From a phage, in sequence record PV636259.1: 50,255 nt of DNA; one strand, 5' to 3'. The notes beneath the pieces were generated by a model that did no database searches, was not told where the DNA came from, and was given only the letters and a program-made list of their open reading frames with translations. This document shows positions 7,601 to 15,352 of this stretch, piece by piece. Numbering within the stretch: the stretch's first letter is position 1; the number at the start of each line of letters is the position of its first letter. Made by a program: the position numbers and the translations under genes.

Positions 7601-7638
7601 CCCAGGTTAAAAATTACACACCAATCAGAGGATTCACC

Positions 7639-7869
7639 ATGTCAATCATCAAGAACCAACAAGCCATCGACTCAACCAGCCACAACTGCTTTGCTATTTT
7701 CATCACTCGCGACAACAAGCGATTTGCTGTCAGGGCTGTACCGGGTGGATACAAAACCTATATGGAAAATAACGGAAAATGGGTATGCTGCGACAACCTG
7801 GCCAACTTCCTGGTATGGAACGCAGACCTGCAAGGATTCGACGATATCAGCACTTTAATTGAGGAATAA
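7639..7869 (+). CDS. Hypothetical protein (76 aa)
   Basis: Track ORF; preceded by ACACCAATCAGAGGA initiation element. Confidence 0.55.
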   Translation: MSIIKNQQAIDSTSHNCFAIFITRDNKRFAVRAVPGGYKTYMENNGKWVCCDNLANFLVWNADLQGFDDISTLIEE

Positions 7870-7875
7870 ATAATC

Positions 7876-8103
7876 ATGCCACGTTACAGCAACCTAACCA
7901 AACTAATCCGCGTCAACGGGCACATGATCCCGTCTAAATCTACTCACTGCGCGAAAGGCGCAAAGCACGGATTATATTTCAAGTGGCGCGGTCAATGGAA
8001 CTTCACGGCGGTGAGCAATTTTTACATGCGCGTTCCTGGTGACGATCCGCAATCGGTAGTAGAAAACTCAATCGGCGACAACAAGATCGAGGTGCTAAAA
8101 TGA
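7876..8103 (+). CDS. Hypothetical protein (75 aa)
   Basis: Track ORF. Confidence 0.5.
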   Translation: MPRYSNLTKLIRVNGHMIPSKSTHCAKGAKHGLYFKWRGQWNFTAVSNFYMRVPGDDPQSVVENSIGDNKIEVLK

Positions 8104-8206
8104 ACTTTAATACAGTAGCGCTATGGTCTGCCGTCTGGTTCTTCTGCATGGGTCACGTTATGGTCGGCATCGTTGTAATGCTTCTCCTGTGTGCGGGGGC
8201 GTTCGA

Positions 8207-8380
8207 ATGATGCGTATATTTATTTGCATGATGGCGTCGGTCGCCCTGGCTATCCTGGTAGTGTCCGGCTGTGGCGAGGTCAAAGAGCGATGCCATGAAA
8301 CCGGGAACCAGGTTACTACATTCGTGATGGTTGGCAATGTTTTACTACCAATCACATCAAATGAAATCACTTGCGAATAG
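8207..8380 (+). CDS. Small putative lipoprotein (57 aa; signal peptide with VSGC lipobox)
   Basis: MMRIFICMMASVALAILVVSGCGEV...; start set to the ATG after GGGGGCG. Stop TAG embedded in the next motif. Confidence 0.45.
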   Translation: MMRIFICMMASVALAILVVSGCGEVKERCHETGNQVTTFVMVGNVLLPITSNEITCE

Positions 8381-8396
8381 CACTTTTTGTTAAAAC
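8378..8396 (+). promoter_or_regulatory. Operator/promoter motif copy (TAGCACTTTTTGTTAAAAC) + hairpin enclosing GATATAGT + CATCGACAACG leader
   Basis: Read directly. Confidence 0.6.
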
Positions 8397-8451
8397 GCGA
8401 TCATGTGGTTGCGATATAGTAACCACATCGACAACGAACGAGGACGAGAAC

Positions 8452-8940
8452 ATGAAAATTAAATTACTTTGCACTGGCGGTTACAAAGGCTTTACTCGCG
8501 ACCTAGAAGCCGATCCTATTATCGTTGACGCCGTGAAGTGCGATGATAGCATTGGCGGCTACAGAGTCAAGGTCGATGACCTGGTTAAAGCTGGCGTGTA
8601 CGATCTTGATTACGGCCTATCGGTTAGTCCGGCATTTGGCCCGGCTGACTTCAACGAGAAGGACGGAACGATGTTCTTTTTTGAATGGGAAGTCCAGGCA
8701 AACATCAAGCCGCGCAAGGTTCGACTTCTCAACAATGGCGGGTATCCTATGCGCCCTGGTTATGAGAATCGCACGTTCCCGGTTATTGTTGACTTTGAAG
8801 AAATCACTAACAACTTGGTATACGTTAGCCATGAGCACCTGCGAGCCGTTGGATTCGTTGGCGGTATGCATAAAGAAGCACTATGCTTCGTTCGCGAGGA
8901 AATGCACGGTTACTATTCTGAGTGTGAGTTAGTTTACTAA
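8452..8940 (+). CDS. Hypothetical protein (162 aa)
   Basis: Track ORF 8371..8940 trimmed to the ATG after GAGGACGAG. Confidence 0.55.
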   Translation: MKIKLLCTGGYKGFTRDLEADPIIVDAVKCDDSIGGYRVKVDDLVKAGVYDLDYGLSVSPAFGPADFNEKDGTMFFFEWEVQANIKPRKVRLLNNGGYPMRPGYENRTFPVIVDFEEITNNLVYVSHEHLRAVGFVGGMHKEALCFVREEMHGYYSECELVY

Positions 8941-8955
8941 GCACGAATTGTTAAA
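8938..8955 (+). promoter_or_regulatory. Operator/promoter motif copy (variant TAAGCACGAATTGTTAAA) + hairpin + TGGTACAAT
   Basis: Read directly; stop TAA of 8452..8940 embedded. Confidence 0.5.
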
Positions 8956-9011
8956 TGGGGATTCATCCTGACTGGTACAATCCCCACATCAACCACTAAG
9001 AGGAAATCATT

Positions 9012-9518
9012 ATGTTGAAATTAGAAGATGTTAAATTCCCGATCAAATTTATCAGCATGGGATGTGGTGAAATTACGTTCACCGATAAAGATAAGGGTAC
9101 ATGGGCCACTAATGAGGTGTCGCAGCTTAAGCTGGAGTGGTTTATTGCCAGACATAACGAAGTGAATAAAGAAAACTCACCAAATAAGGACTACCACTAC
9201 ATTATGAGTGACGGTAATAATGCTTACAGCTTGTATGATAGCTGGAAGATTGAAGGCTCAATCTTCAAAGCTGCAAAGCCAGAAATCAAGCCATCGTTAC
9301 AGTGCTCTCAGATCGAGAACATGCCACTTAGAGCGACTTTAAAGGGTGTCCAGCTTGATAGCGAATCATGGTTCGAGATTACCGCCACACCTAAAACTAT
9401 TGAGGTACATGATGATGTGGTTATTCTCCTGTTGCATTACGGCAGCTTTAAGCACAGAACGGTATCAGGAGAAATCAGCATTAAGCGCGGAACGCTCGTC
9501 CGCTATGAGGTGAAATAA
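9012..9518 (+). CDS. Hypothetical protein (168 aa)
   Basis: Track ORF; RBS AAGAGGAAATC before ATG. Confidence 0.55.
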   Translation: MLKLEDVKFPIKFISMGCGEITFTDKDKGTWATNEVSQLKLEWFIARHNEVNKENSPNKDYHYIMSDGNNAYSLYDSWKIEGSIFKAAKPEIKPSLQCSQIENMPLRATLKGVQLDSESWFEITATPKTIEVHDDVVILLLHYGSFKHRTVSGEISIKRGTLVRYEVK

Positions 9519-9667
9519 TGGCTGCATGGGTATTGATTATCTTGATGAGCACCGGGCCGGATCACGTATACATGGAAAGTCAGCAAGCATGTAACAAGGC
9601 TCGGGAAGTAATTGCAGAAAACAAGCCGTTCGGATATGAAGTAAAAACAATGTGCGTTAAAAGATAG
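9518..9667 (+). CDS. Possible small membrane protein (49 aa)
   Basis: Hand-found ORF MAAWVLIILMSTGPDHVYMES... with ATG overlapping the upstream stop (TAATG); its stop TAG starts the next motif. Below track cutoff. Confidence 0.35.
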   Translation: MAAWVLIILMSTGPDHVYMESQQACNKAREVIAENKPFGYEVKTMCVKR

Positions 9668-9683
9668 CACGAATTGCTAAACC
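9665..9683 (+). promoter_or_regulatory. Operator/promoter motif copy (TAGCACGAATTGCTAAACC); hairpin GGCCA...TGGCC encloses TGTTATAGT
   Basis: Read directly. Confidence 0.55.
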
Positions 9684-9774
9684 TTCCGCAAGGCCATTTG
9701 TTATAGTGGCCTTATTGAAGCACGGCAACCAACCAATCAGGCTGAATGCAGGATAATTTAATGAGGTTTTATCT

Positions 9775-10008
9775 ATGATTATCGTCAACAAAGAAACTGG
9801 AGAGGTAATGGAGAATTGCATCATCATAGAAGAGTCGCCAAAGTCAAAGCACAAGCATGGTACTTACAGAAAGGTCACTTGCAAGGCTCCGGGGTGTGGT
9901 AATACATACGATGCAAAAGTGTCCGATCTGAATCGCGGATGGGGATTAACTTGCAGCAAGTCATGTGCCGCCGTCGTTCGTGAATTAAAGAAGAAAGGGA
10001 ATATATAA
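9775..10008 (+). CDS. Small Cys-rich (zinc-binding-like) protein (77 aa)
   Basis: Track ORF; CKAPGCGN...CSKSC spacing suggests a Zn ribbon. Confidence 0.5.
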   Translation: MIIVNKETGEVMENCIIIEESPKSKHKHGTYRKVTCKAPGCGNTYDAKVSDLNRGWGLTCSKSCAAVVRELKKKGNI

Positions 10009-10214
10009 TGGCTACACGACTCACTCAATGGCAGATTTACGACAAGGCCTCACGCCTTCGTGAATCACTTCGCGGACTGACGTCAAATGATCGCATGGAA
10101 ATCATCGGTCATGCATTGCACGAACTAACGCCGCATGACGTAACCTATCATTCTTGCGGCAATAAATTTTGGAACGTAACATTCGAGGTGAATGAAGATG
10201 AGCAAAACTCATAA
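10008..10214 (+). CDS. Hypothetical protein (68 aa)
   Basis: Track ORF; ATG overlaps the upstream stop (TAATG). Confidence 0.5.
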   Translation: MATRLTQWQIYDKASRLRESLRGLTSNDRMEIIGHALHELTPHDVTYHSCGNKFWNVTFEVNEDEQNS

Positions 10215-10485
10215 ATTAAAAATCGCCCCGGTACATTTCATTGGAGTAATGAACGGAACAAAAACGGCAGAGTTCCGCATCAATGACCGCAACTTCCAGC
10301 CTGGCGATATCCTGGAGCTATGCGAGTTCGATCGTGACGAGTTTACCGGGTGGGAAGTTCACGCCAGGGTGTCCGATGTTACAGACGTGACGCCATACAT
10401 CAATCGCGGGTATGACGATCAGGAATGCGACTTCACGCAATACGTGATGTTATCAATCAAACCTTACAGGAAGGTTAGACCATGA
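10198..10485 (+). CDS. ASCH/PUA-like small protein (DUF3850-like), 95 aa
   Basis: N-terminal KLKIAPVHFIGVMNGTKTAEFRINDRNFQPGDIL resembles ASCH-type PUA-fold domains as I recall them; start set to the ATG after GAGGTGAATGAAG. Similarity not verified by search. Confidence 0.45.
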   Translation: MSKTHKLKIAPVHFIGVMNGTKTAEFRINDRNFQPGDILELCEFDRDEFTGWEVHARVSDVTDVTPYINRGYDDQECDFTQYVMLSIKPYRKVRP

Positions 10486-11120
10486 AATTTGAATGCGTAT
10501 CAAGTGACGGAACGGGCTTTAAGTGGGGAAAAATCTACGAGGGCGTTCTCGTCAATGACGACAGCTTCGTTGTCGTGGATGAGCACGGTAGCAATGTGAA
10601 CATCATCCGTCGTCACGAATACCAAGAAATTTTCCTGCCGTATGGCGGTAGTTCAAAATATATCTTCCATCGAATCGTGGATGGTGTTAAATTTAACGAC
10701 GTAATCGAAGCAATCAACCAACTGCATAATAAAGAGGTAAAATTTATGAAATTTGAATGTATCAGTGATAACACCAAAAAATTTACTGTTGGCAAAATCT
10801 ACGACGTTCCTACTGAGCACGCAAAGCACACTGTAGCGCTTACTGACGACACGGGCCGTCACCGCATTGCTACCGTAACGCATAATGGCGAAGGTCTGCG
10901 ATGGAATAGCGGCGGCACTAAGTTTGCAACGTTCGGCAAGAAGCGTAAGCGCACTTTCTGCGTTAAAGGCAAGGTTGCAGCAAACAAGATCCACAACGTC
11001 AAGCCGTCGGAAGTTGACAGCAAGCCAGCGACGAAGTTTGAAGAGAAAGCAGATTTGTCTGGTCTGGCTATCGCTCTTGTTCTCCTGGTCGCTTCTATTT
11101 CGCTGATGTTCATCATGTAA
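10482..11120 (+). CDS. Membrane-anchored protein with two tandem paralogous domains (MKFEC(V/I)S...GKIY...) and a C-terminal transmembrane helix, 212 aa
   Basis: Internal duplication visible directly (residues 1-50 versus about 86-135); C-terminal LSGLAIALVLLVASISLMFIM hydrophobic segment. Confidence 0.55.
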   Translation: MKFECVSSDGTGFKWGKIYEGVLVNDDSFVVVDEHGSNVNIIRRHEYQEIFLPYGGSSKYIFHRIVDGVKFNDVIEAINQLHNKEVKFMKFECISDNTKKFTVGKIYDVPTEHAKHTVALTDDTGRHRIATVTHNGEGLRWNSGGTKFATFGKKRKRTFCVKGKVAANKIHNVKPSEVDSKPATKFEEKADLSGLAIALVLLVASISLMFIM

Positions 11121-11126
11121 TGTTAA

Positions 11127-11162
11127 CGGGGAATCGGCTCTGAACGGTTCCCCTTTCTTTTG
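11127..11162 (+). terminator. Rho-independent terminator (GGGGAA...TTCCCC + T-run)
   Basis: Hairpin followed by TTTCTTTTGG directly after the 10482..11120 stop. Confidence 0.6.
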
Positions 11163-11268
11163 GAGAAAATTCTATGCCAGACTTTGATAACTGGAAAAAC
11201 GAGCCGCCATCATTTCAGGAGTTGCTATTCTGCCTCCTGGTTCTGACAATATCTCTTAAGGGTGTTTT

Positions 11269-11487
11269 ATGGCTACTATCATGACAGCGGAAGATGCAGC
11301 GCGTGAAGCAGTGGAAGGGATGCGCCCAAATACCTCCAGAATCGCACACTACTACAATTTTGACGTGTCGGCAGTGCAGCTGGTCCATGAAATTTTAAGG
11401 CTCCCACAAGTTGATTCAGTGCGCGTGGTGACGTGCTTAAAAAATTATTTTTGCATCACTATTAAAATGAATAGCACGAATTGCTAA
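11269..11487 (+). CDS. Hypothetical protein (72 aa); last five codons (N-S-T-N-C-stop) are encoded by the motif itself
   Basis: Track ORF; ...AATAGCACGAATTGCTAA read in frame. Confidence 0.5.
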   Translation: MATIMTAEDAAREAVEGMRPNTSRIAHYYNFDVSAVQLVHEILRLPQVDSVRVVTCLKNYFCITIKMNSTNC

Positions 11488-11490
11488 AAC
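11472..11490 (+). promoter_or_regulatory. Operator/promoter motif copy (TAGCACGAATTGCTAAAAC); hairpin GGGGAAT...ATTCCCC encloses GCTATGAT
   Basis: Read directly. Confidence 0.6.
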
Positions 11491-11544
11491 CTATCAAGGG
11501 GAATGCGCTATGATTCCCCTACACCAAAAAACGAGGGAACACTC

Positions 11545-11991
11545 ATGAAACATTTGATTTGCATTGACACACCTAACAATGAATACACCCTATACGAAAT
11601 TGGAATGTTCAAAGGCCACTACATGACAGCAAGCATTTATGATGCGCGTCGAGGCGATGGCGATCTGATTATTACGTCAAAAGACGTTAATCCGTACATT
11701 ATGCAGAATCTTGGCAATAATGAATATATGGCTTACGGCTGCAACGCGGTGTACAAACATGTCAAGATCCGTAAGCGTATTGTTCGAGCGTTTAAGAAAA
11801 TCGCCATGAAGCACTGGAAGATGAGCAAGAAGGAGGCTGGGCGCTGGGCGCGTAACGTTGCTGATTCATACTTCTATCGTAACGGTGAGTCGTGCTGCTT
11901 CCTGATCGATGAAATGATGGAAAATTATAGCGGCACATTCTGCCAAAGTGATTTTGACGCTTGGGCTGACTACGAGGTAGATTGCTGGTAA
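11545..11991 (+). CDS. Hypothetical protein (148 aa)
   Basis: Track ORF 11503..11991 trimmed to the ATG after GAGGGAACAC. Confidence 0.55.
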   Translation: MKHLICIDTPNNEYTLYEIGMFKGHYMTASIYDARRGDGDLIITSKDVNPYIMQNLGNNEYMAYGCNAVYKHVKIRKRIVRAFKKIAMKHWKMSKKEAGRWARNVADSYFYRNGESCCFLIDEMMENYSGTFCQSDFDAWADYEVDCW

Positions 11992-12010
11992 TAGCACTAA
12001 TTGCTAAAAC
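11992..12010 (+). promoter_or_regulatory. Operator/promoter motif copy (TAGCACTAATTGCTAAAAC); hairpin AAGGGCA...TGCCCTT encloses GGTAGAAT
   Basis: Read directly; abuts the TAA stop of 11545..11991. Confidence 0.6.
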
Positions 12011-12073
12011 TTGCTCAAGGGCATTTGGTAGAATGCCCTTCGTTGAGTTAAGCAACCAATCAGAGGAATCACT

Positions 12074-12277
12074 ATGAAAACTATTACCGGAATGAGCAAC
12101 GAAACGAGAACGCAGATCGTTAACATGCTAATCGGCATGGCTGACGATATTCAGAATAGCCAGGTCGTTATTGATTCATGCAATCAGACTCGTGAGAGTA
12201 AATTTGAATCATCCGGCTACAAAATTGTTGAAGAAGAATTAACCATCAAAATCATTCGCGTACAGGAGAAAGCATAA
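12074..12277 (+). CDS. Hypothetical protein (67 aa)
   Basis: Track ORF; preceded by ACCAATCAGAGGAATCACT initiation element. Confidence 0.5.
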   Translation: MKTITGMSNETRTQIVNMLIGMADDIQNSQVVIDSCNQTRESKFESSGYKIVEEELTIKIIRVQEKA

Positions 12278-12810
12278 TGGATAAAATTACAATTTGGGGT
12301 CAAACTATCAACCTGTTTCTCGGTCCGCGCCGCGTCGCAATCTTTGACTTTGACGGAACACTGAGTGACGGATCAAAGCGCCTTCACCTGTTGCCAACAA
12401 AGGATTTGCACTTAACTGAAAGCTGGTCTGAGTTTAACCGAGCGGCAATATTTGATAACCCAATCCAGAGCACGATTGAGGTTATGAACTCTATGTTTGC
12501 TGCCGGGTATCACGTAATAGTTTTAACCGGGCGAAGTGATGAGGTTCGTTACGCATCTGAGTTATGGCTTAAGCATCACGGTGCGAGATATGATTACTTA
12601 GTCATGCGACCGCACACAGACAACAGGAAAGACACGGTGATGAAAGAAGAAGCGGTGCGAGCGATCGGTATTGAAAACATCCTGGCAGCTTGGGATGACT
12701 CACCGCAAATTATTCCATTATTCCGGTCGCTTGGAATAACAACATATGCGGTAGTTGACTATGGCGATAACATTCACGATCATTTAAAATCGCACGGGGT
12801 AGAGAAATGA
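12277..12810 (+). CDS. HAD-superfamily phosphatase (177 aa)
   Basis: HAD motif I FDFDGTL, motif II VLTGR, and a C-terminal WDDSPQ acidic motif; ATG overlaps the upstream stop (TAATG). Either polynucleotide 3'-phosphatase-like or nucleotide phosphatase; cannot distinguish without a search. Confidence 0.6.
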   Translation: MDKITIWGQTINLFLGPRRVAIFDFDGTLSDGSKRLHLLPTKDLHLTESWSEFNRAAIFDNPIQSTIEVMNSMFAAGYHVIVLTGRSDEVRYASELWLKHHGARYDYLVMRPHTDNRKDTVMKEEAVRAIGIENILAAWDDSPQIIPLFRSLGITTYAVVDYGDNIHDHLKSHGVEK

Positions 12811-12918
12811 ACCTATACGAATTTATTGCAGCACATCCGGTATTGACGGTTATCATCCTGCTAATCATAAATCACACTATCATCAATATGGCAAAATTAT
12901 TTTTAGGGAGATACTGAT

Positions 12919-13491
12919 ATGAAAACAGCTATCATTTTAAACGGCGCTCCTGGAGCAGGCAAGGACACTATCGGATGCATCCTGGCTGACACTTACGATC
13001 ATGTAGCTTTGCGCAGCTTCAAAGCACCAATGTTTGAGATTGCTCGGGCAATCCTGGGTGAGGCTAACTACGAGTATTTCATGTTCTTGTATGAGGATCG
13101 TCGTTACAAAGAAGAGCCAGCGTCAATCCTGAACGGTAAAAGCCCGCGCCAGTTTATGATCTGGATTAGCGAGGAAGTAATCAAGCCGCAGTTCGGAAAT
13201 CGCTTCTTCGGTATGCGAGCGGAAAGCAAGGTCAAAGAGTCATATTCTCTGTCAGTATTTACTGATGGTGGATTCAAAGATGAGGTATTGCAGATGATTG
13301 AAGGTGATATCCAGGTCAAGCTATGCCGAATCCACCGCAAGGGCGGCAACTTTGACAACGACAGTCGTGATTATATTTACCTGGAAGATATGATCGGGGT
13401 TAATGGTTATCAGGAGTGTGATTTCTTCTCTGTCGAAGGTCATCCAGAAATTACCGCTCAGCACATAGCCGCTACGTTCATCAACAAATAG
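12919..13491 (+). CDS. P-loop kinase (190 aa): polynucleotide-kinase-like or dNMP-kinase-like
   Basis: N-terminal Walker A LNGAPGAGKDT. GAPGAGK resembles polynucleotide kinase P-loops and SGKDT resembles phage dNMP kinases; adjacent to the HAD phosphatase. Confidence 0.55.
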   Translation: MKTAIILNGAPGAGKDTIGCILADTYDHVALRSFKAPMFEIARAILGEANYEYFMFLYEDRRYKEEPASILNGKSPRQFMIWISEEVIKPQFGNRFFGMRAESKVKESYSLSVFTDGGFKDEVLQMIEGDIQVKLCRIHRKGGNFDNDSRDYIYLEDMIGVNGYQECDFFSVEGHPEITAQHIAATFINK

Positions 13492-13507
13492 CACGAATTG
13501 CTAAAAC
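13489..13507 (+). promoter_or_regulatory. Operator/promoter motif copy (TAGCACGAATTGCTAAAAC) + TGATATAGT extended -10 + CTCATCGACAAC leader
   Basis: Read directly; TAG stop of the kinase gene embedded. Confidence 0.6.
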
Positions 13508-13563
13508 GTCGGTGGGGTGATTTGATATAGTTACCTCATCGACAACAAAGAGAGAAAATCGAA

Positions 13564-13773
13564 ATGATGTTATATGCTGGCAAGTTGTTTAAATGCAATA
13601 AAACTTCTGAAGTATTCGAACTTATTGAAACTGATGATGGTGACTTCATGCATGACGGTTGCGACGTTTTTATCGAGGTGAAAGAAAGCGACTATGACGA
13701 CGGAGTTTATTATAACCCGGCAGTGAATACTCAGTTTTTTACACCGATCGAAGATGATGGAGAAGAGGCATGA
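13564..13773 (+). CDS. Hypothetical acidic protein (69 aa)
   Basis: Track ORF. Confidence 0.5.
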   Translation: MMLYAGKLFKCNKTSEVFELIETDDGDFMHDGCDVFIEVKESDYDDGVYYNPAVNTQFFTPIEDDGEEA

Positions 13774-14114
13774 TTACGATTAACCTATCAGAGAAGCAAG
13801 CTCGTGAAATCCTTGATGCGATCGGCGACCAATTGCACGTAAAAGGAGCAACTGCCGAGTTGCTCAACCAGATCGAAAATCAACTTACTCCTGTTTCAAC
13901 GAATCAAGCTGAGTTTGCAGCCTGGAAGAGCGAGCGCATCCTGCCAAATATCATCAAGGCATGGAAGCGCAAGCATAAAAAAGAAATCAATGTTGATGAC
14001 TTATTTTCTGATGAATTAAGTCCTTCAAAGGTTGCTCAATATCAGTTGCGATACATGGAATCAGTTTGCAATCAGGTCTTAAATGTCAACTTTTCATTCG
14101 GGAGTGGTAAATAA
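13770..14114 (+). CDS. Hypothetical protein (114 aa)
   Basis: Track ORF; start overlaps the upstream stop. Confidence 0.5.
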   Translation: MITINLSEKQAREILDAIGDQLHVKGATAELLNQIENQLTPVSTNQAEFAAWKSERILPNIIKAWKRKHKKEINVDDLFSDELSPSKVAQYQLRYMESVCNQVLNVNFSFGSGK

Positions 14115-14344
14115 TGTTTGGTTTAAGTGAAGCGGAATGGAACGTGGTAAAGCGCGCGGCGAAGGAATTGAATAAATTTGTTAGCGGAATGAAGAAGGAA
14201 GATCGCAAAAACGAAAAGATTATGATTGATGTGATCTCAACTCATCACAAAAAGGTTGAGCTACTCATCGACCGCTACAAGTTTGTATGGACCGCCGGAT
14301 ATATTGCAGGGCGCGTAGGTAACAAAGAGGGTGATTACGAATAA
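14114..14344 (+). CDS. Hypothetical protein (76 aa)
   Basis: Track ORF; TAATG overlap with upstream gene. Confidence 0.5.
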   Translation: MFGLSEAEWNVVKRAAKELNKFVSGMKKEDRKNEKIMIDVISTHHKKVELLIDRYKFVWTAGYIAGRVGNKEGDYE

Positions 14345-14547
14345 TGGCTAACTTACCGAAGAAAGGCGATCAGGTTCGATGTGTTACATCACGCAATGGT
14401 GATGCTTTCTCAGCGGGATGCTTGTATGACGTTGAAAAAGTAAGTAAAGCAAAGAGACTTGTATTTGTATACGGAGACGATGGAAATATTCATGAGATTG
14501 ACTACCCGCAGGATATTGCTAAGGGCCAATTTGAAATTAATGATTGA
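14344..14547 (+). CDS. Hypothetical small protein (67 aa)
   Basis: Track ORF; TAATG overlap. Confidence 0.5.
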   Translation: MANLPKKGDQVRCVTSRNGDAFSAGCLYDVEKVSKAKRLVFVYGDDGNIHEIDYPQDIAKGQFEIND

Positions 14548-14711
14548 CCTGAATCTCTGAGCGGTGATAGTATTAATCCCGTAGACAGACGAGGCGCAAA
14601 TAAGCGCAACGCGTGAGACGATTCTCACACTTCCAGCTAACAAGCTCGGTTGCATAGTGGTTAAGCAACGCCGCAGACCCGTAAGCGGCAACAATTCAAG
14701 AGGATTGCGTA

Positions 14712-14873
14712 ATGCAAAATATCAAAAACGAATCAGTCAAAATCGAAATTAAAGTAACTCGCAACGGCAAAACAACTCGTTATAAAAAGCGGTTAAATCC
14801 TGGGGAGGCTGTTATTGGTCGCATCGATGGCGTTATGATTAAGGCGCAAGAAGATGAAGCGATTCAAAGTTAA
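14712..14873 (+). CDS. Possible small basic protein (53 aa)
   Basis: Hand-found ORF MQNIKNESVKIEIKVTRNGKTTRYKKRLNPGE... with AGAGGA RBS; below track cutoff. Confidence 0.35.
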   Translation: MQNIKNESVKIEIKVTRNGKTTRYKKRLNPGEAVIGRIDGVMIKAQEDEAIQS

Positions 14874-15039
14874 ATTGATCATTCGAAAGATGGGGATGCT
14901 TTGCCAATCATGCAAACAATCTTTCGAGACTGAATTATCGGCAACCAGTCAGGCAGAAGCCATCGCGAAAGCAAAAAAACTTTCCGGCGCTAACCTTGAC
15001 ACTCACAAAATAAATATTGAATTAATAAAGGAGATTTAA
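14854..15039 (+). CDS. Hypothetical protein (61 aa); start uncertain
   Basis: Track ORF overlapping the end of the previous small ORF; CQSC motif. Confidence 0.35.
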   Translation: MKRFKVKLIIRKMGMLCQSCKQSFETELSATSQAEAIAKAKKLSGANLDTHKINIELIKEI

Positions 15040-15040
15040 C

Positions 15041-15268
15041 ATGACAATTTTTTTATTGATTATCGCTGGTGTCATTATTTTTGGTGCTGGTTTGTTTGCT
15101 GGCTTCGCACTTGTGGCGGCAGCAATTGCGATGGACGCGAAAGATAAAACTGGTGTATGGCTGACCTACTCGCCTAAGAAGGATCAATGGGAAATGACTG
15201 GCGACCTTGCTCACTGCTACTCTAAAGCTCAGACCCACCCTAAAGGCATTAAACGACGATTATCGTGA
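15041..15268 (+). CDS. Small membrane protein (75 aa, N-terminal transmembrane helix)
   Basis: MTIFLLIIAGVIIFGAGLFAGFALVAAAIAM hydrophobic N-terminus. Confidence 0.5.
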   Translation: MTIFLLIIAGVIIFGAGLFAGFALVAAAIAMDAKDKTGVWLTYSPKKDQWEMTGDLAHCYSKAQTHPKGIKRRLS

Positions 15269-15276
15269 TAAATACT

Positions 15277-15300
15277 AACCCGCTTCGGCGGGTTTTTTTA
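15277..15300 (+). terminator. Rho-independent terminator (AACCCGCTTCGGCGGGTT + T7) closing the rightward early operon
   Basis: GC hairpin with GCTTCGGC tetraloop-like centre followed by TTTTTTT. Confidence 0.7.
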
Positions 15301-15319
15301 TGCCTGCAATATGGTAAAA

Positions 15320-15337
15320 TAGCACTAAATGTTAAAC
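15320..15337 (+). promoter_or_regulatory. Operator/promoter motif copy (variant TAGCACTAAATGTTAAAC) immediately upstream of terS
   Basis: Read directly; no hairpin between it and the terS RBS. Confidence 0.45.
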
Positions 15338-15352
15338 AAAGAGGATTGATTT

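Noticed and set aside
14548-14711. Possible tRNA gene
   Set aside because: A D-arm-like stem-loop is present but no anticodon stem of correct geometry and no GTTCGAATC-type T-arm follows; not a tRNA by inspection.
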